A stretch of DNA of 64,000 bases from Octopus vulgaris (Eukaryota). Position numbers and translations under genes: made by a program. Where the stretch lies: NCBI GenBank assembly GCA_951406725.2, contig OX597829.1:9672001-9736000 (forward strand). The letters run 5' to 3'. The notes below the pieces were generated by a model, which did no database searches, was not told where the DNA came from, and saw nothing but the letters and a program-made list of their open reading frames with translations. Shown in pieces: positions 1 to 13,356 of this stretch. Every line of letters starts with the position of its first letter. Position 1 is the first letter of the stretch.

Positions 1-329
1 GATTGAGGACGCTTCAGTCGTGACCATCCTGTCTTTTAATAATGCATTACGTTACCTAATGTGTTCTATCTTTCTTAAGACAGTAGAAAGTTATTATTTC
101 CTGTTGTTTTTGTTGGTATTGCTATTAACGTTGTAGTTTTTGTTGTAGTCGTTCTATTTGCTGCTGTTGTTGTTGTTATCGTCGCCGACGTTGCTGTTTT
201 TGAATGTTCGTAACCGATTCCAGTTTAGCAGACACCTTTTATTCTTCCAAGTAGTAAATATATCGACGCAAGAAAGTTTCCTCGGAATTTTTTTTACATA
301 GATTTAGTCTTAAATAAACAATTGGCCAT

Positions 330-458
330 CTCATTGCTACTTTCCGAAGGATAGAAAAGTGAAGTCGGCCTCGACCGGATTTGGACTCAAAACGTCATGG
401 GAACAAGACAAATCCAGCAGGGCTTTCTGTTAGACGTTCTACCTATTCTGCCAAACCA
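330..458 (-). mobile_element. SINE family D, degenerate copy
   Basis: Reverse complement aligns by eye to the GGCAGAATCGTTAG...GAGTTCAAATCC...GAGGTCGACTTT...TTTCATCCTT repeat seen in many better copies (27512, 52524). Confidence 0.65.
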
Positions 459-479
459 GTTTGGAAGTTGTTGTTGTTG

Positions 480-672
480 TTTAGCCACGCGTGAGCCTCG
501 ATCGAGCGAATCTAAATCAAAGGCATTCCGTTCTGTCCGTTAGTGATTTATATATATATGAAACATAATCCACCGTGTCCACTTCTAGGACGGTAGTGTG
601 AGATTTGAAGGAGATTTGGTTATTATTCCTAACAGATTGAGCGAGCGATCGCATAAGGGTTCCCTCCCCTCT
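480..672 (+). repeat. Dispersed repeat family E (TTTAGCC...GATCGAGC...ATCAAAG...GGAGATTTGG...)
   Basis: Related degenerate segments recur at ~1-90, 7120-7190 (-), 45255-45430, 48430-48615, 53335-53520 (-) and 60900-60950 (-). Class unknown. Confidence 0.55.
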
Positions 673-704
673 TTCACTCAGGACTCTTAAAGTTGGTCAA
701 TATT

Positions 705-1025
705 AGTGGCTAAATATTTACAGCCAATTGGCTGCAGTGATTGCATAAATGTCCATCAGTGATTCCTTTACGCATTGGTCACGTGATGTCTACGTCATAG
801 CTGCTCATTTACAGTTAGGAATCTCTTCTCGTACGTACTAGTAACACTCACTTGTGAGTGACCATCTTAATGTATTTTATGGTGGTTACTAGACAATTGT
901 ACCTTTTTTTCCTTTCTTTTTTATTTTTTTTTTATTTTCTTAGTCAGTGTTCGGTTGCAGCTGGCCGTGTGATTTATTTATAAAACCACCGGCTGGAAGA
1001 GGTTTTATTGGCATCCTTTTTCTAG
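705..1025. promoter_or_regulatory. Candidate cis-regulatory island
   Basis: Unique sequence with palindrome CAGCCAATTGGCTG (721-734), ATTGG overlapping GTCACGTGA (774-786), TACGTCA (791-797), TTTTATGG, TGATTTAT and TTTTATTGG. Confidence 0.35.
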
Positions 1026-1427
1026 TACTTCGATAAAATCATAGCCAAGACTATTAACACTCAAAAGATCCAATGCATTCAACTGATAATGTTACGTAGC
1101 ACCGAATAAACAATAGCGTAGTGCTACAAACAGCCAAATCAGCAGCGGCAGGCAGGAACACTAAACAATCGACGAGTGTTTCACTAAACTGCACTGCTGT
1201 TTCAGGTTTTCCAAACCCATCTGAAATATCTTAATAGTCTTCACATCATACTAGTATTTCAGTAAATTCTATCAATGTCACATCGAAGTGGACTCACGAA
1301 TGATAAAGATACAACCTCGTAAATCCGTAACCACTTCATTGTTGCATAATTTTGTTCGACACGCAATGTAAACACCATTGTACATGAAATTAATCTACTG
1401 CAGTAAATCTATATACATATACATATA

Positions 1428-1815
<388 letters not shown>

Positions 1816-2583
1816 ATGTGAAACCACCTCTTATCTACTATTGTTTCTAGATCTACCTCTGGCCCGGTGTAGTAATATTTGTTAGGGCTCCAGCTATGAT
1901 AAACTTTATGTGAGCTACTCTGTATGATGAGTCCCTAGTTCTCACTAGAACTCCCTTCATGGGACAAAGTAAACCTGTATAAAAAGAAAGAACTGCCGGA
2001 AGAGAAGTTGGTCAACGTCTGTTGTGTCACTGGTTTTGTAGCAGTTTTTGCTGACTGAGCAACACTTTACTCAAAACAAAATCACCCATAGGAACTTCTC
2101 GGCGTCTCGAGTGGTTGGTCTTAGTCGATCACGATTGACGTCCATCGTATACACACACACACACACACGCACACAAATTAGTGAATCCACAGTGTCATAA
2201 GCAGTTAATAGTGTAAGAAATTCATAAAAAGTGTACATATGATGAGTGGTTCACAGAATGGTTCACATTATGGTTCTACCTCTTTACCATTCGATTTCGA
2301 ATTCCAACCTAGTCCACTTTGTCTTTCAACATTCCAGTAAAATATATATCCCAGACAGAACCCTCTTACCGATGTATTTGATCAAGCTGTTGATGAAGGC
2401 TCCCTTGTCAGTTAATGTCCCAGCAGACTCAGTGAAACCAGTAAAATTACCGTTCTCTTATTAGTCTCTTTGAGATAAAACTTATCTAGTGTGGTACCAT
2501 TTTGACGATTACAGCTTCACTCAATCGGTATATTGCCCAGTGGGTTTATACTTGTTATACTTTACCTCAGATTCATTATAAAT

Positions 2584-2888
2584 TGCTGTTGTTCGTTCCT
2601 TTTCGAGCCATCCCTGGCTCATAAGAGCCGGTTTCCCGGTTTCTTTGGCGTATAGGTTCCCCACCTCGGCTGGACGTTGGTTTGTCACAAGTGAGCTGCT
2701 AGATGCAGCAGGAAATCATGAAAGTTGTGGTGAAAGAGTCAGCAGAAGTTCACCATTACCTTCTGCCGGAGCCGTGTGGAGCACTGGTGTTTTGCTCATA
2801 AACACACACAATGCCTGGTCTGAGATTCGAATCCTCTATCCCTCGACCGCGAGTCCGCTGCTTTAACCACTAGGCCATGCGCCTCCAC
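2584..2888 (-). mobile_element. tRNA-derived SINE (head A + tail 2) with 12-bp TSD
   Basis: Minus strand starts GGAGGCGCATGGCCTAGTGGTTAAAGCAGCGGACTCGCGGTCG with A box and B box (GATTCGAATC). Direct repeats TTCATTATAAAT at 2572-2583 and 2889-2900. Confidence 0.88.
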
Positions 2889-2986
2889 TTCATTATAAAT
2901 AAAATAAGTATATTATTTTCCAATTAAAATTAAACAGAAGCAATTAAACATTTCGTTAAAGAAGATTTGAATGTCGTAAACATATT

Positions 2987-3069
2987 CTTTTCTACTCCCG
3001 GTCAGTCGACGAAATACCGCTGAGCATTTCGTCTGGTGTGCTAACGGTTCTGCTAGCTCACCGCCTTAC
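2987..3069 (-). mobile_element. Internally deleted SINE family D copy with 17-bp TSD
   Basis: Head AAGGCGGTGAGCTAGCAGAACCGTTAGC...GGTATTTCG is joined to tail AGTAGAAAAAG. Flanks AAYGTCGTAAACATATT at 2970-2986 and 3070-3086. Confidence 0.8.
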
Positions 3070-3158
3070 AACGTCGTAAACATATTGCTTGTAGAGTGTG
3101 CATGATAGTATTAAACGTCGTAATTATAGTTCCCGGGATGTTGAATGCAAAGAGAAGC

Positions 3159-3522
3159 TCCTAATATAATAATGAGCGTAGTGTTTTTATATATTTGTCC
3201 AAAATCACGCCGAAGGCGGAAGATTACAGCAAATAGTGATTCAGTGAAGGAGAAGTAGTGAAAGTAATAGCCCTGACTGAGAGGGGGTGAGAGAGAGTAA
3301 TAGCAATGAGAGAAAGGAAGGGGTGATAGATGGATAAGGAAGGAAGGGGTGAAAAAAATCAGTGTTTCAGCTCTGTGTGAGTGTATGTGTGTATGTGTGT
3401 GTGTGTACAAGGGAAGTGTCTTAATGTTTGTATGTGTGATTATTATGTACCTTATTGAGTACCTTATTTATTTATAAAATATTACGATTAGCCGTCATTA
3501 TTGACGGCACGTGGTCAGCTAG
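3159..3522 (+). mobile_element. Non-autonomous Helitron-like element
   Basis: 3' hairpin GCCGTCA-TTAT-TGACGGC (3491-3508) followed 10 nt later by CTAG|T (3519-3523), the Helitron 3' signature. Candidate 5' end TCCTAATATAATAA at 3159 is less certain. Confidence 0.6.
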
Positions 3523-3832
3523 TCAACAATAAGCTGCATCCCGGTGTTTTCCACAACTGAAACTCGAAAGAACATTTTAGGAGTGTAAACAAACGAACGC
3601 CGTTGCCCAGATTTTTAATCGGTGAAATGACTGTAAGGTCATGAGGGTTTGGGAGAAAAAACTGTTGTTACCAGCCCATTTTGCAGTAAAAAAACAGCAC
3701 CCTAACCTTATGGAAGTGGCCTGTGTTCACTGTCCCTTCTATAGGCACGTGAAAGGCAGAGCTTGAAATATGAATGATGTGCCGTATTTAACGTACAATA
3801 ATGTCAGTTTAAACTGCATGCATTAGAGGGAA

Positions 3833-3920
<88 letters not shown>

Positions 3921-4112
3921 CACACATATATATATAAATTTTAGACATATATATGTATATACATGTATGCATATGAGTATATATGACTTTCGGTACGAGA
4001 CGACAGCATAAATTGTGTGCATCTGAAGTTATTCCATGTTATTTAATATTTTCATGAATTCAGTTCACTTATTTTCCAATTTCATTTTAAAAATAAAAAT
4101 TATAAAACCATA

Positions 4113-4524
4113 TCTATTTACTGTCAACAACTAATGAAACTGGAGAAAGCAATCAAAGAAAATCTGCCAGAATTGGCAAATCGTAAAGGAATCGTGTTCC
4201 ACCATGACGACGCTAGACCACATACGTCTTTGCTCACTCGTGAAAAATTATTGGAGCTTCGTTGAGAAATGATGTCGTATCCACCATATAGCCCTGACCT
4301 TGCACCATTTATTACAAAGTTCGAAAAATTCTTTGAATGGCAAAACTTCGAATAATGATGATGACCTGAAATTGCACTTGCTTCAGTTTTTGGCTGATAA
4401 GGACCAGAAGTTCTCTGAGTGCGAAATCATGAAGTTGCCAAAAAGATGGCAAAAGGTAGTCGAACAAAATGGAAAATATATAATTGATTAAAGTTCATTC
4501 TTTGTATGGAAAAAGATTACTTAT

Positions 4525-4561
<37 letters not shown>

Positions 4562-4582
4562 CGAAATTACTTTCTTGCCAAC

Positions 4583-4588
<6 letters not shown>
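4113..4588 (+). mobile_element. Tc1/mariner DNA transposon, 3' fragment with dead transposase C-terminus and right TIR
   Basis: Translates to YCQQLMKLEKAIKENLPELANRKGIVFHHDDARPHTSLLTREKLLELR*EMMSYPPYSPDLAP, then after a frameshift ...NSLNGKTSNNDDDLKLHLLQFLADKDQKF...IMKLPKRWQKVVEQNGKYIID* (stop 4489-4491). HDNARPH-like and YSPDLAP motifs are diagnostic of mariner. In-frame TGA at 4263 and loss of the SDY carrying the third catalytic D. TIR-like AAAACGAAATTACTTTCTTGCCAACCCATA at ~4558-4587 runs into (TA)n. Confidence 0.93.
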
Positions 4589-4621
<33 letters not shown>

Positions 4622-5431
4622 TGGTACTCATTTTGTCGGAATTTCTTCTACCCAGCCGCTAGATTATGGGTACGTAAACAAACCAATATCAGTTGTCAAG
4701 TGGTGTTTCGAGGAGAGAAAGGGGGGAGAGGGAGGGAGAGAGAGACGTATAGCTAGTGCGTGTGTGTGTGTGTTTGTGTATATAGATATATGGTACCCCA
4801 GCATGGCCGTAGTCTCAAGGTTGAAACATATAAAAGAATAAAAGAATACACACATATATATATATATATATAGGGAGAGAGAGAGAGGGGGGATAGATAG
4901 TAGGTGTGTGCATGCGTGTGTGCATATATATATATATATACTCATACACACACACACACACGTATGTGTTTGTGTGTGTTGTGGAGGGGTTAGCCATATT
5001 TGCCACCCGGTATGACGTGCACTGATAGACCTCGCCTGATACAGTTTGTTGTTAACTAAATTGATGGTCGTAGATACTCGGGATGTCCTACCCAGAAAGC
5101 AAACACAGAAGGCGGTGGTGGTGATGGTGGTGGGTAAGGTGCTGGTGGATGACAGTGGTGGTGGTGGTGATAGGGGTGCCGTTGAGGGTGGATGCTGCGT
5201 CGGATATGTCGTAATGATGTGGCATATAGTGTTGGTGTTGGTGATGTCGTAGTGGTGACGTAGGGGGTGTAGATGATGATGATGGTGGTGGCGGTGGCGG
5301 TGGTGGTATTAGTGTTTGTGACAGCGGTTGTGGAGTCATATTCAGTTGGCGATGATAGTGATGCTTTAAATGCTGATGGAACTGGCCGGCTGTCCAAAGT
5401 TGTTTTTTAAGTTCATGAGCTAGATAGAAAT

Positions 5432-5484
<53 letters not shown>

Positions 5485-6162
5485 TTTATGTGTGTCCCCG
5501 TGTGTGTCTATTTGTCTGTCTCTATACCGTCTGTATGTCTATTTATGCTAGTTGTTGCTGTGTGAAGGAGCTAAATCAAGAGTTTTTTTAACCTCCAGCT
5601 ACCAACCACACACACAAGATACACACACACACACACACACATACTTACATAGTCACAGACAAACTCACATGTACTCTCACGCATATACGCACACATCCAT
5701 CCATCTACCAACCCTACACCTCATCTTACTACGACTCTCGACAGCATCATTTCAAAGACACTTCCGTGAGAAAAAGTCTGTGAATCACTCTTAACAGCCT
5801 TCACTCTGAAAATATCGAAACATCTCTCAGTTAGAGAAAGAAACAGTGTATGTACCACATGGAGGGAGGAGGAGAGAGAGAGGGAGAGAGAAAGAGGGTG
5901 AGAGTGGGGGAGAAGGAGAAAGGAAAAAAGAAACAAAGAAACGATGAAATGAAAGCGGAACGAGAAATATAGAACCACACGCATATACATACATACATGT
6001 ATATATGTGTGTGTTTGTGTGTGTGCGTGTTTGTATGTATATAGAAAGATAAACTTAATTGGAAATAAATGCGTGGCGTTCAATCGTATAATAATATAAA
6101 TAACGTATATATATGCATATGTAAGTGTGTGTATATATATATGTATGTGTGTGTGTGTGTGT

Positions 6163-6430
6163 GAAGGCGCAATGGTCCAGTGGTTAGGGCAGTGGTCTCG
6201 CGGTTTCGATTCCCAGACCGGGCGTTGTGAGTGTTTATTGAGCGAAAACACCTAAAGCTCCACGAGGTTCCGGCAGGGGGTGTTGGCGATCCCTGTTGTA
6301 CTCTTTCGCCACAACTTTCTCTCACTCTTTCTTCTGTTGGCCTGCTCGCTTAGCCAGCCGGGTGGCATCATTTGAAGGCTAAAACAATGCGAAGTGCATT
6401 GTGACCAGCGATGTGTAGCTGCAATGGCAT
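6163..6430 (+). mobile_element. tRNA-derived SINE (head A + tail 3)
   Basis: GGCGCAATGGTCCAGTGGTTAGGGCAG...GGTTTCGATTCCCAGACC head. Body shared with 21239 and 30407 copies up to TCTCTCACTCTTTCTTC, then a different tail. Confidence 0.88.
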
Positions 6431-7559
6431 TATAATTTTGTCTCTTACCTGTCATACTGACATCACTACAAGCATCATCACTGTCATCATCACCCCACTC
6501 ACTGCCACGATCCTCTCCCAAATCCCACTCTACCGGCTTAACAGCGTAAAGGCACGTTCGATAATGCCGTCCTTAGATATGCATGTCAGGATTGTCATAG
6601 ATGGAGTGTCTTTGAACGAAAGTTCCAAGTCTTGTAGCATTGGCCAGAAAGTAAACAGCACCACCAACCTCAAGAACAATAATCACCACGCCCTCGCTAG
6701 CACCACCATTGCAACCACCACCACAACCACCATCACCGCTTCCACATACTACCACTAGCACCAAATCAGCTATCACTATCCCTCCTCCCGCCATCAGCAA
6801 CATTACAAGTACTGCTTCGATTAGAAGGAATGCCATTACCATTGCCACCTCCGGCACCACAATACCATAGTCACCAACACCACATTACTGCGCCACCATC
6901 TTCACCACCACCACCACCACACGCTCTACTCATACGCCCCACTGCTCATTTCATGTTTCTTACTCCTACCACCTCACTCTATGCTCATCACCTCTTCCAC
7001 CCTTCCTTCCCCATCCACATAATAGACTTCACTCGTCTCTGAGATTTTGTACTTGTTGACTTGATTTCTCAGAAATACGTTTGTCTGTTTTATGACAATC
7101 TAAGCAGGAAAGCTTCTACAGAATGCTAGAAACAACAGCCAAATTTTCTTCGAGGCACACTATATTGTCTTGAGATAAGGAAAGGTACATGACCGAGGAA
7201 TGGAGGATGGTTCGAGATATAAGAGCAATACGACATTGTAAGTTTCAACTTTGCGGAAGTTTAATAGTTGTTTCAGGCCGAAATATAACCCACGATGATG
7301 GAAAGGGACAAAAGACCCAAACTTCGTTATACAGTTTTCGTTGAAGCGAAGTAATGTACATGTGAGGACGGATCCACAATGAAGGTGTGGCGTAGTATTT
7401 AAACTGACGTTCAGTACTGTTGAAAACTACGTAGGAAAGTGACTAAGATTTCTTTAGATGTATAAAGATGTAATTATGCTTTTATCCTGCTAAAAAGATA
7501 ACATTTGCATAATTCAATTCAGAGAAGTTTCCATGGTGTCTCTTTATGCAGTCATTGCA

Positions 7560-7888
7560 AACATATTGGAGCGTGCTTGCTCTGTACGCTGATGACGTTG
7601 AGGTGCGGAAGAGTAAAGCGGAGTAAAAGATGATATCTTCCGCATAAGGTTGGGCGTCATTGGAGCCACGGCAAGTAAGTCGTTGTTATGTGCAATAGTG
7701 TAGGGAAAAAATTGGAATTTGAACCAAAGTAGATTTGATAGAGTAAGGGTCAGAAATAGCACTATCAGCATACACCAAGTTAGAGCGATCTAACTGAAAG
7801 ACTTCGATTCAAACGAAAACGAGGCCAGTTATGCCAAGAGATTTGTGTATCGTGCAAGATCGAAAGTTTTGCTGATATCGAAAGCAAG
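7560..7888 (-). pseudogene. Decayed non-LTR retrotransposon reverse-transcriptase fragment (Jockey/CR1-like)
   Basis: Frameshifted minus-strand peptides AFDISKTFDLARYTNLLA (cf. ALDISKAFDRVWH..LL), DSAISDPYSIKSTLVQ (cf. DG..S....NSGVPQG), NNDLLA and QPYAEDIIFYS (cf. H.YADD.TL.S) occur in the correct RT order. Confidence 0.65.
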
Positions 7889-8320
7889 GTGGGGCCCAGT
7901 TAGAATTTTCGTCAGTTCGAGTAGCCCATGCCGCTCAATAATCGTTGAATAAGGGTTGTTTAAGGTTGATAAACAAAACACCCATGATTCCAGAGTTGAA
8001 TCTTTCAAACCGCAACCCCTACTACTTCTGTTCGTCATCAGAGATGCACATATCATCAGCCACTAAGTCTTGTCTAGTCTCATAAACGCTGACCAAACCT
8101 GACGATTTGAGGCTAACCACCGCGTGATCTCCAGCCATGGAGCCACTAAGGGACATGCTCAACTGGTTAAGGTCAAACAACTGACAAGCAAATCTGTGGT
8201 ATTGAGCAGAATATTTGCTGTAGCCCATCTTTTATACCAAGACAAAACAAGGTACATGATAACACTTCCAATCAGTTAAGATCAGAAGCCATGAGAGCCA
8301 CTGCCTGGTACTGCTTCAGG
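7889..8320 (-). mobile_element. Repeat family F, truncated copy carrying a 73-bp nested insertion
   Basis: Reverse complement matches 41361-41740 (GCAGTACCA...GGCTTCTGATCTTAAC...GATGGGYTACAGCAAATATTCTGCTCAATACCACAG...GGGCCCC). Confidence 0.85.
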
Positions 8321-8354
8321 ACTATTATTATCATCATCAGCATCATCATCATCA

Positions 8355-8414
<60 letters not shown>

Positions 8415-8427
8415 GTAGTAGTAGTAA

Positions 8428-8468
<41 letters not shown>

Positions 8469-8937
8469 TCATATCACTGAAGACTGTGTCTTTGGGTTCA
8501 CTTGCACTGAATTCCTATCAACAAATATCACTGCCAATCACCTCCAGTATATTCTTACTATAATAGTTAAACTATTTAACTATTAAGGCCACTTAGGTTA
8601 AAAACATTGACTCTTCTTTTGAAAGCTACTTTACGAAGAAAGCATCGACACGTCAGAGACGTTCCAAATACCCCCAGTTGACCATATTCTAACACACCTG
8701 AGTTAAAAGAAAAAAATTGAAAGCGAGAAAGACATCTGAATAGTTTAATATACGAGGTTAAGGGTCTTCGCTGGTAAGAAACCTTTCAAGTCCAACGCTT
8801 CCAATCATCATTGAATAAGGCGATGTCGTAAAGTAATTGTTTGACGCTTGATCTTTGCCTTATGGATTCCACAACTGTCTTTCACTCGTTTAACCACACC
8901 AACGCTCTCCTTCCTCTCTTTCCCTGTTTCTCACGGC

Positions 8938-9017
<80 letters not shown>

Positions 9018-9088
9018 TTATCTATCTATCTGTCTATCTATCTATCCATCTCTCTCTCTCTCTGTCTTTCTGTCTGTCTGTCTGTCTC

Positions 9089-9152
<64 letters not shown>

Positions 9153-10355
9153 GTCCTCCTTCCATACGCATTTCTCTTCTTGCAATTTATATATATATAT
9201 ATATATATATCAAAAGGATATACATGCAGCTATTCACACACATAAACATAAATGTATAAGGTTGGGCGTCATAAATGTATATAAATATATATACATATAC
9301 ATACACAGAGACATGTACTATGTACGTACATATGTATGTATGTATGTGTATGTTCGCGTATGCGTGTATGTATGTATGCATAAATGTATGTGCGTGCGTA
9401 TACATGCATTCTTAAGGCATCATTTTATTGAATTTTCTATCTTGCAGCGATATAACTATAAAACAACAATATATTTCGGTTCAAATCATAACGGCGGGAC
9501 ACATTGATACAAACACACACATATACACGCGCCCAAACAACCCCCCCCCCAAACATTTACTTTGTATGTCAATATATGCATGTGTATGTGTGTGTGTCTA
9601 TGTATGTGTATCTAAGTATGTATGTACCTATCTATATATGTATGAAAGAAGAACCTAAAGCAGTTACGCAGCAGTTTTAACCACCCTGCTGTGAAATTTT
9701 AAACAGATGTAAATACACTTGGCTAGTCTCTTAGCATATTGCAAAAACTTTAAAGGCTGTAGATTCACAATATAACACATATAAGGTTAGGTTACACACA
9801 CATACACTCGCACACAAATACACACTCATTCGCAGAAATTTAGTTAGATGTATATATACATGCATAGAAAGTAATATCTTATATACAAATTTATATGAAT
9901 TTATACACGTAAATATGTGCTTGTGTCTGTGTGTGCGCGCGTGATCATGCGTATGAATCTGTTCATGTGTGTGTGCGTGCGCGCGTTTGTAAGATTTTGA
10001 ACTTTAATTTTAACTTGGGCTCCAAATACGCGCTTTGTAATACATAATTACCCACACACACATACACATATACATACACACACACACGCGCATACATCGT
10101 ACTACTGATAAAAAATTACGTAAAAAATGCAATAACGTTAATGTTATGTTCATCATATCATTAACAATAACAACAACAACAAAAGCTCATTACTAAATTT
10201 ATGTAATCAAGTTTTAAAAGGCTTTTTTTGTTTTATTTTCCAGATTTTTTCATACAAAAAAAATCGAATCATAAAGGTTGGATTACTAAAAAACAAAACA
10301 AAAAAAATGAAGACCGACTCCCTTTTATATAATAGCTAACCTGTATGAGCATATA

Positions 10356-10394
<39 letters not shown>

Positions 10395-10909
10395 GTATAT
10401 AAATCTACCAATTAATATATATAGCTATCTACATACTTATACATCAACCTAAAACCTGCGTAGAATACAACTGTACCGATTCAAAATGTAAATTTTCGAA
10501 TACACGTATATATTTGTATGTGGCTATATATGATATATATATATATATATATGTCGCACATACACATATATGTGGGTGTATAGGATAATTACATATAAGA
10601 ATGTACATGTATGTATTAAATATGAAAGAAAACGATGAATCAACTTCGTAAGTAGATTTTGTATATTTTATAAACGCAAAACATACTCACGCATGCACGA
10701 ACACACGCACAAATACACAGACTTACACACAGCATCGCGCGCGCGAACGGAAACAGATCAAACTTGTGCTTGCTTTAAAAAGATATCACTCATTCATTCA
10801 CATGCACATACATACATCCGCACTCATGCACACGCACACATACACGCACGCACACACACATGGATGCATGTTCTCAGTGCTTGCAAAAACGTACACATAC
10901 ACAAAAATA

Positions 10910-11365
10910 TGCATGTATGTATGCATGCGTGTAAGTATGTATGTGTGTATGTATGTATGTATATAAGTATGTATGTGTGTATGTATGCATGTATGTATGA
11001 GTGCATGTATGTATGTATGTATGTATGTATGTATGTATGTATGTATGTATGTATGCATGTATGTATGTATGTATGTATGTATGTATGTATGTATGTATGT
11101 ATGTATGTATGTATGTATGTATGTATGTATGTGTGTGTGTGTGTATGTGTATGTACGTATGTATGTTGAGAGATTATAGCATACGCTTAAGTATTTTCTG
11201 TGCAAAACATACTTCTGGTTTCTGGTTTCGAAACCACTGTGCACCACATTGCATGTCTTCCCATCATGCAGAGGTCGTTTACGAGCGAGCGCGCACACAC
11301 GCACACACACATATATGCACAAGTACATACATGCATAGCTATGTGTCTGTATATGTCTGTGTATT

Positions 11366-11416
<51 letters not shown>

Positions 11417-11417
11417 A
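10910..11417. repeat. (TATG)n and (TG)n microsatellites
   Basis: Seen directly. Other (TATG/CATA)n tracts at 33660-33845, 47888-48097 and 49235-49375. Confidence 0.97.
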
Positions 11418-12190
11418 TAGTGAGGTTAATCTGCATTTCGAAAGACGTAACAAGAATATATTTTGGGTTTCAAGCGTCTTAACAAAGTGCTCAGTGAAAC
11501 TGAAAATAAGTTAAAATATATAATATATAATTTAGCCTATGTTATACGTACTTCTTTTATGTATGCTATTATTAATATACTATGAAACGGAAAGTGTTAC
11601 CTTTATTAGAAGTTTGTAAAAATCTGCTATAATTGTGTGTTGCTAAAATGGATTTTCTCTTTCTTATACATAAAGGTTTTGTACGGTTGACATTAGAACT
11701 GGCCATGTTCTCACCAGTCGGATTTAAAGTTTTACCGATGACAGCTGTTGACTAATGCCTACCGCTCGAAACCTTTTGGTATGAGGAAATAATTTTCTTT
11801 ATCAACACTCGCGCATATTTGTATATATATGTTTGCGTGTGAGTGAATACACGCACAAAAAAACACACACACACACATGTAGGCATACATACACGTACAC
11901 ACATAGCCGTAGACATGGCAGCGTACTTAAGAAGTCCGTATTGCAGCCACGGGGCTTAGATTCCAGTATTGCTGCGTGGCATCTCATGCTAGTGTTTTCT
12001 ACATTACCACTAAGCCAACAAATCACGCACCGTGAAATTTGCCTTTCCTGCATCAGAAACCAACGAATGAAGCTCAACACATCGACACGATGGTTAATAA
12101 TTTTCTAAGTATGCTATATCTGTAAGAGTACCATAGCAGCATCTGGGGAAGTTACCAGCCGGTATACAGAACCGGAGCTTTCACATATAT

Positions 12191-12221
<31 letters not shown>

Positions 12222-13356
12222 GCACGCACACAGACACACACACACACACAGACGCATACATCACATACATCACATACATCACATATTTATACGTTTCACA
12301 TGTACGTCACACGCCTACACATTCACACTGCCAAACACGGTTAGTCTGAAACAAACACACAGTCACACATGCGAATGGCAAGCAATCAAGTTATTGCCAA
12401 TGCACACGCATTCGTATTCGCACACGTAACGCGAATTCTCTTTCACACAATCGTATGTACAAGCGACACATATACTCACACAGCGAAAACGATTCACATT
12501 CACAAACGCTTATGCACTGCGAACGCACACGTCACACTTGCACACAAACATACACAGTACACTCTCGTATACTCCCACAAACAAACGCATGACATACGCT
12601 CATGCTCACTCATTTCACACATACACATATCGATACATACACACACATCCATATACGCGCGCGCGCACACACATACACACATGTACATTTGTGAGACACA
12701 CATACACATACGCAAAGCACACACACACACATGAAATAATTTTAAGCCGACAAGTATTTTTTATTGCACCTTAATAATTCTCTAACCGTTGCCTTCTTGA
12801 ATGCATCTGTCTTTGTTGATCCTTTGCAATTCACCACTCATATTTCAGGATATTAAGAGTAAATCAACTCTAATTCTGGTTTAGAATCTCTTAAGAAATA
12901 TAATTAGTATCATCAAGGAACCTGCTAATTACGCTGGGATTCTCAATGAACCACTCTTTAAATTTTACTCGTGTTTAATCCAGTTTTCGACAGAATCCTC
13001 GGGGAATTTAGAAATTAACGATGCTATTTTTTTTTTTTTGTTATTGAAGCCAGCTTGCGATATGATTGAGCTTTGTGAAAGTTTCAGCTGGAGGGGTCCA
13101 GTGGCTGACGAAAGATTTTGCGAATACTTATGCTGCTATCACAGCAGCAATTGTATCTTTTGACGCTTGATGAAACTGAGCGACATAACTGGTGCGATTG
13201 GATTTGAACCAGTGAATCATGTGATGCACTGTCCAACATTCAAATCTTCTGATACAGAGGAAAGGGACACATTTCAGATCCAATATTGGGAATGATGGAA
13301 TTAATCTCTAGTCGTTATACGTGTGTGTGTGTGTGGGTGGGTGTGTATGTGTGTGT

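Noticed and set aside
10222-10280. Strong splice-acceptor-like polypyrimidine CAG (also 32240-32262, 51470-51488)
   Set aside because: No convincing downstream donor with an open, sensible reading frame; such sites are common in T-rich DNA.
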